A stretch of DNA of 56,782 nucleotides, filler included, from Callorhinchus milii (GCF_018977255.1; 2 parts of 2 records of this genome joined end to end with filler, not necessarily neighbours in it); one strand, 5' to 3'. Counted from the first letter of the whole stretch, positions 12,200 through 25,492 are shown. A program made the numbers and translations. Notes: generated by a model from the sequence alone, not told the origin.

Positions 12200-12555
12200 T
12201 GATGGTGAATTTCCCCATTGAGTGGGAAATGGTCAGGGTGAGGGTTGGGAAGAGAGGGAGCGAGGAGCGGGTAGAGAGTCGAGATGAGATCTGAAGGCAC
12301 GGTCAAATAGAAAGGTCTTCAGACCGGCCTTGAAGGAGGAAAGGGAGGAGGCAAGGCGAAGGCACTGGGGGATAGAGTTCCAGAGCCAAGGATTTAGAGG
12401 CTGAAGGCCCGGCCACCGATGGTAGGGCGGTTGGGGCGGGGGATGTGGAGCAGATCGGAGCCAGAGGAACGGAGGGTACGGGCAGTTAGGTAGGCGGATA
12501 TTAGGTTAGAGAGGTAGGAGGAAGCAAGGCCGTGAAAGGCCTTGTAGGTGCAGCA
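12200..12555 (-). mobile_element. L2 LINE 3' fragment
   Basis: Similar to 3150-3420 (GGCCTTGAAGGAGGAAAGGGAGGAGGC...GAGTTCCAGAG...GGCTGAAGGCCCG). Confidence 0.75.
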
Positions 12556-15500
12556 AAGCATTTTCTGCTATTTTGCCTTTCAACTCGAGTAAATAGTTAA
12601 TAATATACCATGGGAGTATGAATATCAAGGAAGCTGTGACTTCTCTCGCGTGAGCAGTGTCTGATCTTATCGACCTTACGTGTATCAAGATTCTTCTTTT
12701 CGTTCTGTATTTGCAGCTCAAAACGCCGACTCTCAGGCACACACTGGGGGCCAGTCAAGACCCAGGAGTTAGTGGACACAAAGCAACGGGATGTGCGACA
12801 GTCAATTATCCTGAGATGAAAGATCGAAGGAAATCCTTTATTTCCTGTTTGCTATATCACAAATTTTGTATTGTAACGGACGGCATATCCGCTGTGTTTC
12901 CTTTACAGGATGATTTCAATCAGAAGCTCAAATGACAAAATTCATGTATTTTCTGTACCTCTTCTACGAAACAGACTAAATCCTAGTGATATTCAGTTCG
13001 TGTACGCACAAGGATACTTACGGGGATCCCCTGAATAAATTCAGAGAGGACCTTAAAAGTCGTTTGTTGTTCATTTATTTTAATCGCTAAAGTATTTCAT
13101 TGCCAAACTTTGCCCTAAGCGATGTATTTTGGGGAATAGAAATTCTTCAGATATTGACCATCCAACTTGCCAGGACAAGGTCTCTCTTCAATAACGGTCC
13201 AACGTAACAGACCAGTCAGAGAAGCAGTAAAGCGCCCTCTACACTATAAGATTTCGGTAATTTCCCCCCTGTAACTTTGCAGCTGCTTATTGGGCGAAGG
13301 ATTCGTTGTTGCCGGGTGGCGATTCTCGATTTGGGAGTTGACAAATGACTAAAAATTTCAGAAGTTTCATGTTGAAATTCCGGGTGAGCGCGCATTTTAG
13401 TCGCTTTTTCTCCACTATTTTAATGCAACCGTATTTTCAAAATAATACATTATTACATGTGCTGCAGGAGGCTGGTGCTATTTGAAGTAATGGTAATTAA
13501 ATCTGTTTGGAAAACACTCTAATTCCCGAGACAATATCAGTTTCCGCATAATTCCGAAGCCCGTGTCCTTTCCCACACAAAATACCAGAGCCTATCATCT
13601 TCGCTGGGTTCCTTTGCCTCTCCATCCCCATCTGATACAGTTCTGGGTCCCCGTCTTATCTTTAAATGGTCGCAGTCAAAATCGAACCCTATGGACTGAG
13701 CCACTCACTTGCCTCTGGAGGCACAGACTTGCTTCATTTCCCAGCTTTATCCAGCCCAACATCAGCGGGGGAGATTTAAATCTTTCTGCAGCTTCATTCC
13801 ACTGATCATCTGTCTCAATTTCTTCCTCCCCATGTCCATGATCAGAATCAAAACCTCACTTTGGACTCTTGGTAAATATACCCTTCCCAGAATGCCTGAA
13901 ATCCTTCCCCTAAAACAAACGCCCAGCCAGTAATACATATTATTAAGAATATTATCTCTTGCATTCGAGATAGCACCTTTTCCCGTCTTCGAGTCGTCTC
14001 AAAGGACTTCACAGCATATTCTAAAGTAAATAGAATATGTATTTTGTGGGCGAAAAGCTGCAGATTATGGCGCATAGCATTTACCCACAAACATTCGTGG
14101 ATTGAGTTACCATTTTATTATTCATATTTTGTTTGACGGAATATTTACCACGGAAAAGCAATCCAGCAATCGACTAGCCACCGGATGCAAACAGAGGCGA
14201 ATCGAGTAAGGAATCTCGCCCTCTCTTTTGTACTGCCGGAAATGGATCCCAGGTCTTTCAGCAGCTGTCGTACTCAGCCTCAGAATTTCCTCACAAAGCT
14301 ATTGCATGGCCTTCCTATTCAACAGCCACTCCACCTCCCAGCTCGGAGTCGAGCTCCATCACTGTCAAGCGCTCTGTGGCGCTACGTTGCATGAGGTGCT
14401 CTTTGCAAATGCAAGATATTGGTGTTGTTAAGTTGTTGTTTTTGAAAACATATATTTGCTAAAATAGAATAAAGTACGCGCTTCATTAATTCTAGTCGAG
14501 CAACAGGGATGCGGACATCGTAACACATAATTCCCTCGAGTATTGTCAAAAGGAGTTTCATCGCTACATACAGCAGCACATGTTTTATATCTGTGACCGC
14601 TGTTCAGGGAACTGTACCTGTGTTGGCAAATTTTCAAGTATTTTAACCATCTCTTTGTGGTAATATTGTAGGAGCATAACATTTCTATCAATAAATGTCA
14701 CACACAATTTAAATCCTCTTGACCATTTCTTCCTTCACCAGATGACAACCTCTCACAGATTGTTCCAATTCTTTACTCACCAGAAACTCACTGCTGGTCG
14801 GTTGCTTCTTAGACATAAAACAGCCAAATGCTCTTTTGCATAAAGCAAGAAGAAACTTCCACTTAAAGGAGATAACAGCAACATTTTTACATTGATATAA
14901 CTCACCTGAATGCGTTAAAAGCGGTTCACAGAGCTAAAGAGGCTCTAAAACCCACAATAATCCAAACCGGAGTCTGAATAAAAAATGGTAATTAAACTAA
15001 CAACCGGTCAACTTTAGTACAGAGAATGATAGATTCATCGACAGGACACTAATGAAAATTTTCTTGTCTCCGATATCAGCATAAATTTGTTCCAGGAACT
15101 AAAATATTAAACGAAAGATGTTTCATGAATTGACAGCAATGGGGTACATTATTTCCGAGATACACTAAATCTGTAGTTTTATTTGTAACGACTAGAACCG
15201 CAATGTACATCGCGCTGTGACAGTCATGGCAGCAATAACCAACAGGTGTGATGTTCGGGAATTCAGGACGGCACCGCTGGGATTTGTACACGGGATTTCC
15301 TGTTTACCAGACAGGCGCTTTTGCCCTAAAGCCACGGCGGCGCTGCCACATCGTTCCACACCATTCACCATCCAGTTGACTGTCATCTCTGTCCAGCAGT
15401 TTGGCTTCTGCCGTCACCTCAATAAGAAGGAGTTGACCAATCGCCCCTCATCCTCCGATTCCCCCATTCCTCATCACGGTTGTGAGTTTTGGATGCAGAC

Positions 15501-15639
15501 CTGATCCTCGCTGACACCCCATTGCCTCTCTCTCACACTTTCCCTTTCTCTCTCGCTCTCACAAACACACGCACCTACTCTCTCAAAATCACTGTCTCTC
15601 CTTCTCCTCTGATAGTTATATCATTCTCTCTTCCCTCCT

Positions 15640-15701
15640 GCGGTGAAATTAATCTCTCTCTCTCACTCAGACATCGCTTACACTCTCCTCTATACGCTTT
15701 C

Positions 15702-15786
<85 letters not shown>

Positions 15787-15800
15787 GTGTCTCTCTCTCC
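15640..15800 (+). repeat. (TTTC)n/(TC)n microsatellite
   Basis: Directly visible. Confidence 0.9.
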
Positions 15801-15865
15801 AGCTAATTCCCTATATCAATGGCTATCTCCCTCTTTCACTCCACCAGTCGCAGGTCACTGAATGG

Positions 15866-17966
15866 AATGACAGGAGCCGGAGGTCACTATGTGGCCGGAG
15901 CTGGGGGCCACCATGTGACAGGAGTCGGGTGTCACTATCTGACAGGAGCCGGCGGCACTCGGTGACAGGAGCCGAGGGTCACCATGTGAAAGGAGCCGGA
16001 GGTCACTATGTGGCCGGAGCCGGGGGTCACGATTTGACAGGAGCCGGGGGTCACTATGTGGGAGGAGCCGGGGGTCACTATGTGACAGGAGCCGGGGGTC
16101 ACTATGTGACAGGAGTCGGGTGTCACTATCTGACAGGAGCCGGCGGCACTCTGTGACAGGAGCCGGGGGTCACCATGTGAAAGGAGCCGGAGGTCACTAT
16201 GTGGCCGGAGCCGGGGGTCACCATGTGGCAGGTCATTATGTGGCAAGAGCCGAGGGGTAACTATGTGGGAGGAGCCGGGGGTCACTATGTGACAGGAGCC
16301 AGGGGTCACTATGTGACAGGAGTCGGGCGTCACTATGTGACAGGAGCCGGGCGTCACTATGTGACAGGAGCCGGGGGTCACTATGTGACAGGAGCCGGGG
16401 GTCACTATGTGGGAGGAGCCGGGGGTCACTATGTGACAGGAGCCGGGGGTCACTATGTGACAGGAGCCGGGGGTCACTATGTGGGAGGAGCCGGGGGTCA
16501 CTATCTGCCAGGAGCCGGGGGTCACTAGGTGACAGGAGCCGGGGGTCACCATGTGACAGGAGCCCGAGGTCACTTTGTGGCCGGAGCCGGGGGTCACCAT
16601 GTGACAGGAGCCGGGGTCATTATGTGGCAAGAGCCGAGGAGTAACTATTTGCGAGTAGCCGGGGGTCACTATGTGACAGGAGCCAGGGGTCACTATGTGA
16701 CAGGAGTCGGGGGTCACTATGTGAAAATAGTCAGGGTCACTATGTGACAGGAGCCGGGTGTCACTCTGTGACAGGAGCCGGGGTCACTATGTGACAGGAG
16801 CCGGGGGTCACTATGTGACAGGAGCCGGGGGTCACTATGTGACAGGAGCCGGGGGTTACCATGTGACAGGAGCCGGGGGTCACTATGTGACAGGAGCCGG
16901 GGGTCACTATGTGGCAGGAGCCCGGGTTTACTATGTGACAGGGGCCGGGGGTCACTATGTGACATGAGCCGGGGGTCACTATTTGACAGGAGCCGGGGGT
17001 CACTATGTGGCCGGAGCCGGGGGTCACGATTTGACAGGAGCCGGGGGTCACTATGAGGGAGGAGCCGGGGGTCACTATGTGACAGGAGTCGGGTGTTACT
17101 ATCTGACAGGAGCCGGCGGCACTCGGTGACAGGAGCCGGGGGTCACCATGTGAAAGGAGCCGGAGGTCACTATGTGGCCGGAGCCGGGGGTCACCATGTG
17201 GCAGGTCATTATGTGGCAAGAGCCGAGGGGTAACTATGTGGGAGGAGCCGGGGGTCACTATGTGACAGGAGCCAGGGGTCACTATGTGACAGGAGTCGGG
17301 GGTCACTATGTGACAGGAGTCGGGCGTCACTATGTGACAAGAGTCAGGGTCACTATGTGACAGGAGCCGGGATCACTATGTGACAGGAGCCGGGGGTCAC
17401 TATGTGACAGGAGCCGGGAGTCACCATGTGACAGGAGCCGGGTGTCACCATGTGACAGGAGCCGGGGGTCACGATTTGACAGGAGCCGGGGGTCACTATG
17501 TGACAGGAGCCGGGGGTCACTATGTGGGAGGAGCCGGGGGTCACTATGTGACAGGAGCCGGGGGTCACTATGTGACAGGAGTCGGGCGTCACTATGTGAC
17601 AAGAGTCAGGGTCACTATGTGACAGGAGCCGGGATCACTATGTGACAGGAGCCGTGGGTCACTATGTGAGAGGAGCCGGGGGTCAATATGTGACAGGAGA
17701 CGGGTGTCACTATGTGACAGGAACCGGGGGTCACTATATGGGAGGAGCCGGGGGTCACTATGTGACAGGAGCCGGGGGTCACTATGTGACAGGAGCCGGG
17801 GGTCACTATGTGACAGGAGCCGGGGGTCACTATGTGACAGGAGCCGGGGGTCACTATGTGGACAGGAGCCGGGGTCACTATGTGACAGGAGCCGGGGGTC
17901 ACTATGTGACAGGAGCCGGGGGTCACTATGTGACAGGAGCCGGGGGTCACTATGTGCAGTGACAGG
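15866..17966 (+). repeat. 24-bp GC-rich minisatellite (VNTR), unit GGGGGTCACTATGTGACAGGAGCC, roughly 85-90 copies
   Basis: Directly visible tandem unit. It translates as the 8-aa repeats GHYVTGAG / CHIVTPGS, with frequent frameshifts. Confidence 0.97.
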
Positions 17967-18112
17967 ATATGTAAAGGCACATTACTGTTAATGGAAGGAG
18001 AGGTTTAGAGGGATTGGAGGGATGGAGGGAGCAATGTAGGCAGAGAGGTGTGAGAGAAGGAGGGAGATAGACATCTAGTAAGGGAACGAGTGAGAGAGAG
18101 GGTGATAGGGGT

Positions 18113-18570
18113 TGGGGACAACAACAACAACAGCAACTTAGATTTGTATAGAGCCCTCCACGCTGGACAGGGGTCTCAGAGCGCTTTACAGTTTCGTATC
18201 CCGGAAACGGGCCAGTGGGGAGGGGGGAGAGGTGACCAGAGGCACGGTCGAAAAGTGAGGTCTTCAGTAGAGACCTGAAAATGTGAGGGGAGGGGGCGAG
18301 ACGTAGATCGTGAGGAAGGCAGTTGCAGAGCCTCGGGGCATAGTGTTGTTTAGATGGTGGAGCGGAAGACTCGGGGGACGAGGATAAGGTGAGACCAGGA
18401 GGTGCTGTTTTGAAGAGTGAGGAGGTCAGAGAGGTCGCTGGTGCAGGGGAGTGCAGTGACTTGCAATCGAGGATGAGGATCTTGGAGTGGATCTCTCTGG
18501 GATAGGCAGCCAGTGCAGTCTGGCCAGGACTGGGGGGGGAGGGTGGGGGTGAGCGGAGTTTCTGCGGGAC
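18113..18570 (-). mobile_element. L2 LINE 3' end fragment
   Basis: (AAC)n tail at ~18119-18135, then TTTGTATAGAGCCCTCCACG...TCTCAGAGCGCTTTAC. The translation has KILILDCKSLHSPAP and RLCNCLPHDLRLAPSPHIFRSLLKTSLF. Confidence 0.8.
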
Positions 18571-18744
18571 ATGGTGAGGGAGGATGTGAGCGACTGGGAA
18601 GAAGTGCGTTAGGTGTTTTGATGGGTGAGTGTCCGGCAAATATTGTTTACGAATGATTAGTACCATAATAATATGCATTAATCGACAGTGTGTAGAAAGC
18701 TCATATCACAGTAGATGATCAAGTATGGGGCAGCGGCGGTGGGA

Positions 18745-18989
18745 CACACTGTAAAGTGAATTGACTGTATATTTTTGGGCGAACGCGGCAGCCAATTGCG
18801 CGCAGCAATGTCCCACAAACAGTCGTAGATTGAAAATGTCCAATTTATTATTGTTTTTGGTTCTGGAGGGATTATTATTAGGCTCTGTGTGGAATAAGGA
18901 AACTTGCCCAAGGTTTTCCGCTGCCTGGAATTAAACTCAGATCTCTCACTTGCAAAGCGAGTGCTCTAACTACTGGGCAACAGGACTCC
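18745..18989 (-). mobile_element. tRNA-derived SINE with Deu-domain-like core
   Basis: Minus strand starts with a tRNA-like head (GGAGTCCTGTTGCCCAGTAGTTAGAGCACTCGC...), followed by GTGGGACATTGCTGCGCGCAATTGGCTGCCGCGTTCGCCC. A close copy lies at 27954-28246. Confidence 0.8.
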
Positions 18990-20931
18990 ATTAGAACAAA
19001 GTTGGATCATTGCTCAGGTATTTTTTGTTATAGTTAACTGCTTTTTTGGGGGTGACGTGTTTCTATTTAGAAGTATTTATCGATTGTATTTTTTTTTGAT
19101 AAACTTTGCTGCGCTTAGAACAACAACAATATGACCTTTGTTTCGCTCCTTTCGGAAGACCTATTTGACAGTAAAATCTTGATAAAACGCTTTAAAGATA
19201 CGTTGATCATGTTGTCGGGCGCCGTATCAGACGCGAGGATTAACAACAATACTTATTATTATAGTAAAATGCAGTCTGATATCACAACAGTAAAAATAAC
19301 CAGTCCAGATGTTCACGACATTGCTGTAATGTGCGTTGACGTTTTGTCCTCTCGGCCTCACAGTAATGTGGTTCAGCGCTCGAACGGTTTTGTCCGACAC
19401 AGAGTGCGATGGAAGGAGAATAGTTCAAACCAACAGCCACTCGCGAGGCCCTGACCAGGAAAACATTTTCATTGGCCTTTTTTTGTGTTCCTGCGGGAAG
19501 AAAAATGACCTATAAGGAGATGGATGTGAGTAAAGAAAATTTGTCTCACACGTCGTGACCACAGGTTCGTGTACAGCTATTGCAGCTGCAAAGCACCGAA
19601 TACACAATGTGTTGCCCTTTTCGCTCTCTCCCTCTCTCTCACCGCACACCGCAACCCCCACTAACCCTCCAATCCCCGCACACCCCACAACCTCCCGCCC
19701 CCCTACCCCCACCCGCCATGTGTGCTTTGCAAACTCCTTCAAGTGATTTACTGCAAACCCAACTACCAGCTGCTGATCCCTGACTGTCCTCCTGACGCGG
19801 AAGACGCTGTACTAATGTTATTGTAGTTATGACCGTGGAGCTCTGTCACTTGGAGCACTGCAGTGAATGAAGTGAATTGGATTCCCAGCAGGACGGGACT
19901 TTAGCGAGTTTCGCTCTCGACAACCCTGTTTACGTAAAGAGAAACCTGGTTGTTTGTTTGGTCATTGGTGGATCACTTTTTCAGGGTAATAATTTCTTCC
20001 AAGTAAAAGTAATAATCAGTGCTTTTAGGATACAGCTGTGGGCAATTGGCTTCCGTACTTTGCACGTAACACGTAAAAGGCATTTCACTTTACTAAAAAT
20101 CTGAACTAAATAATGGTGAGGAACAATACTCCGTATTCTGTGAGACGTCTCGGAAACGTTATGAGCGGCTATATCAGATGCAAATATGATTCATATCGTC
20201 ATTGTCAAGTGTTCTGAGGAAGTATTTCTGAAGAAAACGAGGCTATCAATTGGCCCCAACATATATGAAGTGATTGAATAATTTTGCTTGGAGGATCTTT
20301 GCCAGGTAAAAAGGCAAAGATCGTCTTTTTCTTTTCAATCGGTGCCATGAGATCTGTCCCGTCGACTTGAACAGGCGCAGATTCTCGGTTTATCTTCCTT
20401 TAAGATGTAGGAGCAGTACGAGGCCATTCGGCCCCTTAGCTACACAGCCATTTATTAGGCTGATTCCCTAATCTAATTCAAATTACCCGCCCTATCCCCA
20501 TATTCCTGAATCCCTCTCGCCAACAAGTCACCCCTATCAATTAAAGGTTGAACAACTGGAAGAGGAATCCTGAGTTACGTTGGATGCCTAATGTGCTATT
20601 GCTTATCAATATTTCTCTACCAAGAGCTACATCTCCTACTCTTAATATTTTCATATTTCTCTTCTTCTCGTCCCTATAAATTATTTTAAAAAACGCGTTT
20701 CAATATTCCCCAATGATTGTCTTTTTCTCATGAGAAAATGAGCTTTGGGATGTCCTCCAGACGTGAAAGGCGCTCTATAAATATAATTTTGCTGTTGTTT
20801 TTCTTTTGTTGATGACGAGAAGCAATGAAAGTTGCTCAGTCCCTGGATTTTCTGCGTGCGTTACAACAACGCCTCAAATTTCTTTTGGATCTCTTTTTTT
20901 TATGTGCGAGGATTGTTGCTTTCCAGTATGT

Positions 20932-21003
20932 TCCCTGATGGTCTAGTGGTTAGGATTCGGCGCTCTCACCGCCGCGGCCCGGGTTCGATTCCCGGTCAGG
21001 GAA
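20932..21003 (+). tRNA. tRNA-Glu (anticodon CTC), intact
   Basis: TCCCTGATGGTCTAGTGGTTAGGATTCGGCGCTCTCACCGCCGCGGCCCGGGTTCGATTCCCGGTCAGGGAA matches the vertebrate consensus except G7>A, which pairs with T66. A T-run Pol III terminator lies at ~21018-21022. Confidence 0.96.
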
Positions 21004-21098
21004 GCATTTCATTTCGCTTTTTCGATTGGTACCGACATTTGCCTGTGCACAAAAAAAAGCAGATATGTCCTGCAATCGCAGCTGCGCTTCACAGCACC

Positions 21099-21215
21099 AA
21101 TAATAATAATAATACTTGCATTTGATATAGCACCATATAGCGTCTTCGAGACGTCTACAATCTCTTCACACAATGTAGTTTAAAGTAAGTTGACTGTATA
21201 TTTTTGGGGGAAATG
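21099..21215 (-). mobile_element. SINE 3' tail fragment
   Basis: (AAT)n-ACTTGCATTTGATATAGC...GAGACGTCT...CTTCACA, the same tail as at 27954. Confidence 0.7.
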
Positions 21216-21568
21216 ATCTGTTTTATTCAAATCAAAACAGCCGATAATCGTTTTCTTTATTAAAGACACAAATCAGGACAGTAATCACATGTAATATCCG
21301 GAATTGGTTTCAGAACAAATTAGTTCAGTTAAAATTTGATTTTTTACGGCACTTCAACTGAACTGCTCGGAATAAAATTTCTCCTGAGCAAGTGGGTGTC
21401 CGGAAGATTATGCCACTGCCTCAAAGTTATGTTGCAGCAGCAGATCGGTTGAATTAATTGAATAACGTATCTGTCTGTTGTGCGGAAAATGCACCATAAT
21501 ATGTCAGTCACAAGTTTTCTTACCGTATATCAGTAATCAGAGCTTCCAGTGACTCACTCAGTAAGTCA

Positions 21569-21641
21569 GGCCGTTAGCTCAGTGGTTGGGAGCGCAGTGA
21601 TAATAACGCCAAGGTCGTGGGTTCAATCACCGTACGGGCCA
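21569..21641 (+). pseudogene. tRNA-Ile(AAT) pseudogene
   Basis: Aligns to the tRNA-Ile(AAT) consensus (GGCCG-TTAGCTCAG...TAATAACGCCAAGGTC...CGTACGGGCCA), with stem-disrupting substitutions. Confidence 0.85.
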
Positions 21642-21693
21642 TAATTTTAATTGCTGCCCATTACGGTACAATAGCAGCAGAGGTAATGACAGC

Positions 21694-21920
21694 AATAATA
21701 ATAATAATTAACCTGGCATTTGTCATAGCGCCTGATCACGTCTCCAAGACGTCTCAAGGCGCTTCACAGAATATACAGTAAAGTGAATTTACTGGACGTT
21801 TTGTGACCGAAAAGCAGTAGCTAGTAGTAGTAATAGCCCACAAACATTTGTGGATCAACGTGACTAATTGATTACCATTATTGCTTTTATTATTGTTATT
21901 ATTGAAGGGATTATTATCCC
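21694..21920 (-). mobile_element. Decayed SINE (same family as 18745 and 27954)
   Basis: (AAT)n tail, TAGCGCC...AGACGTCTCAAGGCGCTTCACAGA...AAAGTGAATT...CCCACAAACA...GAAGGGATTAT. Confidence 0.7.
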
Positions 21921-23140
21921 AGAAATGCTATCCGTCAACCGACTACGAACCGTGTTCGTATTTACTAAACTTCTAACACTAATACTAGTCTTCCCTCTCG
22001 AGGTTCCTGGTTTTATTGCTTGTGTTCATTCGTACATGGGTATGTTATTACTTTCGCCACCGTGATCATTGTTATCTTTACAATGATAATCAAAACATAG
22101 GATATCTGATCAAACTTAACAATGTAGCTAAATATATTCACTAGACAATTCGTAAAGAATTTGATATTGACGTAAAATTCAACTCGTAATACCATCAGTC
22201 AGGGAATGTGATACAATTGAACAACTTTACAATACTGTGGTTTTCAATTATAATATAATAATCCTTGCTTTTGATACGGATACATTAAACTACATGCAGA
22301 CAGATCAAACAGGTGTAACAGACCAGATATTAACATCAATGGGTAATTAGAATTTGCATGCAGTATGATTGCTGTAAATATCCCAAATGATTACAATATG
22401 AAAAATAAGGAGATGGAGAAAATCTGCAAATATATCGATCTACGAGTTCATTGCGGACATTCGTGGTAATGTAAATTTTTTTTGCTGTTGTCATCGGTGC
22501 AATAGGGACTATTATACAACTATTCAACGCGACTTGACGACATGAACGGTGATATTAACCAACTACAAAATGTCGCTGCTTTTTGGAAACTTGTACATAC
22601 AGTGTTAGACAAAGCCATATCCATTCATATGTAAAGGGACAGCGTTGTTGGTGTGGCTAACCCATTACCATGTATAATAAGTATTAAACAAACGTTGAAC
22701 ATTTTCATTCCACATAATAAAAAAATTATCACGACTTTTTGGTCACCCTATTTACAGAATGCCTGAATCCCTGAATCCTCTATCTCTAGGACTGTGTTTG
22801 TGACAATGAAGGGACATCATACTTAATCGAGAGTGTGTGTCTCAGCTAACCTCCAGCTTCTACAAAATCACTTGTAATAATCATTGCATTTGGCATAGAA
22901 TATTATTCAAACAGTCTATTTTGAGTTTGAATGTTAATAATTGTTTCATTTGATACAGTGTTTTATCTCAACGTCGAGACTTCTAAGAAGGCTTCGCTGA
23001 ATATAGTGCAAAAGGTATGGATTGTGGAGTTTCTGGGAGAAAAGACACTTGGGTCAAAAGAACCTTTTACCCCCAATATTTTCTGATTGACACAAAACAA
23101 TAATAACGTGGTTTAATTTGGTAACAGATACTAAAATAAT

Positions 23141-23193
23141 ATCCCCGTCGGGGAATTGACAGGCGGGGATACTAACCACTACACTAACGAGGA
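23141..23193 (-). pseudogene. tRNA-Asp(GTC) pseudogene with ~19-nt internal deletion
   Basis: Minus strand TCCTCGTTAGTGTAGTGGTTAGTATCCCCGCCTGTCA|ATTCCCCGACGGGGA. It lacks the 3' anticodon stem, the variable loop and most of the B box. Confidence 0.88.
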
Positions 23194-23874
23194 TTCACTT
23201 GGAAGCATGTACTTTAATTCCACGCTGTACACAAGCGATGAAAGGTTAGAGCGATAGGGTGTGACAACTTTTGTTGGGTAATTATCACCCAACGAGTTGC
23301 TTGGTTCTGCAATGTATTATCTGACAGGCAAGTGAAAGCCGATGCAACAATAACTTTTCAGAGAGAAGGAGATGATTATTTACGGAGGACAAGACTACAG
23401 GGCTACGGAGAGAAAGCGGGAAAGCGGGATTGAGTTGGATTGCTCTTTTCGGAGCCGACGCAGACACTGTGGGACGAATGGCATCTTTCTGTGCTGTATG
23501 GTACTATTATTCTATGACAAAACATTGTTCCTGCGACTCAAGCCAATTCCGTTGTTACTGTCTTGTTGAAGCCAATGGGGTAACTTGAACGTGTAGGATT
23601 TTGTCACATTTGATCTCAAGTTGTTGAAATATTAGCGAACAGAATACAATAAAGTGAAAACAGTGACAGGATGAAACAATTTCTTGCACATAATGTATTC
23701 TCCTGTTTACAATGATGATCAGTTTGGAGTTTGCCAATCACAGTGAAGCAGTGGCCAACCTTTATATTTTTCAACAGCAACAACTTGCATTTCACACAAG
23801 GCAATAGAGTTGGAGGGTTAGTTGTCGAGCTCCAGGAGAGACTGGTGGTGAGGACATGAGAATGGGGAAGCTTA

Positions 23875-24355
23875 ACACACATCTACAGCACTAGCCTCTT
23901 GTGGGCACTATGGCTCACACGATCAATGCACTAGACTCCAATGGGCAGCGCAACACATGCACAGTCTCTACACTAATCTCCCTTGGGCAGTACAAAACCC
24001 ACAGTCACTGCACTAACCTTCAGTGGGCACTATCTTGTTGTGGGCAGCATGTCGCACACAGTCACTACATTGATTTACTCTGGCCAGTTTAACACACAGT
24101 CTTTACATTGGCCTCTTCTGGGCGGTGTAACCGACACAGATACCACATTGTTCTCCTTTGGGCAGTCTAACACATAGAGTCACCACACTAGCATCCTGTG
24201 GGCAGTGTAGCACTATAGACAGTACACCGGGCTCCTTTGGGCAGTTCAACACATTTAGTCTCTAAACTCGGCCCCTCTTTGAAGTTGAACGCACATCGTC
24301 ACTGGACGACGCTGCTTTCGGGAATACAACTCACACACAGTAACTTCACCAGCCT
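23875..24355 (+). repeat. Old degenerate ~38-40 bp tandem repeat (TGGGCAGTnnAACACACAGTCACTACACTAGCCTCnT), ~12 copies
   Basis: TGGGCAG...CACA(C)AGTC...ACT recurs at ~39-bp spacing. Confidence 0.75.
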
Positions 24356-24363
24356 ATCATTAT

Positions 24364-24450
24364 GGAGTCCTGTAACATATTGGCAAGAGCGCACGCCTCA
24401 CTAGCGTGAGGACACGGGTTTTATTCTCAGATAGGCAAAATCTTAGAAAA
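24364..24450 (+). mobile_element. SINE tRNA-like head fragment
   Basis: GGAGTCCTGTA...AGAGCGCACGCC...GTGAG matches the head of the SINE at 18989. Confidence 0.55.
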
Positions 24451-24736
24451 ATTCCATTAATCCACCCAACCGACTCTGTTAATCAACAATACGTAGGAAA
24501 CACCTTTCAATGTCATATCTCAGGGTTAAAAATCCCTTCAAATAGGCATGTCTCGAAATTGTGATAAGGCGTTGTGTCAAAAGCAAGGAACCTTGGACAG
24601 AGTGAGACCATAGGATATGTGAGGATTGGACATTTCCCAGTGTCCGTTTCCTGGATCCTTGTGAGGAGAGTCAGAAAGTGTGCGATACAGAGGAAAGACA
24701 AACAGGAAGAGAGACATAGAGAGAAAGAGAGAATGA

Positions 24737-24777
<41 letters not shown>

Positions 24778-25024
24778 AAAACAAACAAACAAAAAGGCAG
24801 AGAGGCAGAAAGAATATGGGAGCGAGAGAAGGACAGGAATGGTGTTCCAACATGTCATGCGACGAGTGGTTTGGAAATTGTATCAAATGTTCCAGCAATA
24901 TGTAGGTTAAAAAACAAATGAAATGGAAACAATATATAAAGACCAGCAGTTCTGAAGTCGTTCATGACATTATCTCCAGTGAGAGTACAGATTTGTAGAA
25001 GAATATTTTCTTACAGAAGAGGAT

Positions 25025-25094
25025 CTTCCCAGTGTGGGCCTGAACCACCAACCATTCAGTGAACATCAGAAGTAACCTATTGCGCAACAGAGAC
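25025..25094 (-). pseudogene. Decayed tRNA-Asn remnant
   Basis: + strand GTGGGCCTGAACCACCAACC...TAACCTATTGCGCAACAGAGAC approximates the reverse complement of tRNA-Asn. Confidence 0.7.
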
Positions 25095-25492
25095 GACTGT
25101 CTACAATTTTTTGAAGAAAATTACAGCGTTTCATTGACATAATTAATGTCACGGGAAGGTCCAAAGTTGATAAGTCATCACAACTTCTCTAACTGAGGTT
25201 CTGAAAGCTGATAACTAAATGCCAATGAATGGCAAACTCCCTGATCACTGTGTGATTTGGGACTGTTTGCTCAACAGCACCTTGTTCTACCACAACAGAT
25301 ACATAAATCAAGTACAAATGGCTTTAAAACTTTCCTTGGATCAACATACTACTAACTTAGGAACAACGATTTTTAGAGAAGAGTTTAATATGTAATCAGC
25401 AATATAAGAGTTACATGTCCGAGATAACCATTAGTTATTGTTCAGAAAATACAAGTACAAGATGTACAGGAATGAAGAAGACCCTAAGCGTC

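Noticed and set aside
15929..17991. Repeat-protein ORFs (GHYVTGAG)n / (CHIVTPGS)n, or a CRISPR-like array
   Set aside because: A pure tandem 24-bp minisatellite with frequent frame-breaking indels, no unique spacers, no cas genes and a vertebrate context.
18915..18989. tRNA-Ala(TGC)-like gene
   Set aside because: It is the tRNA-derived head of a SINE, continuous with the Deu-like core shared with 27954-28246.
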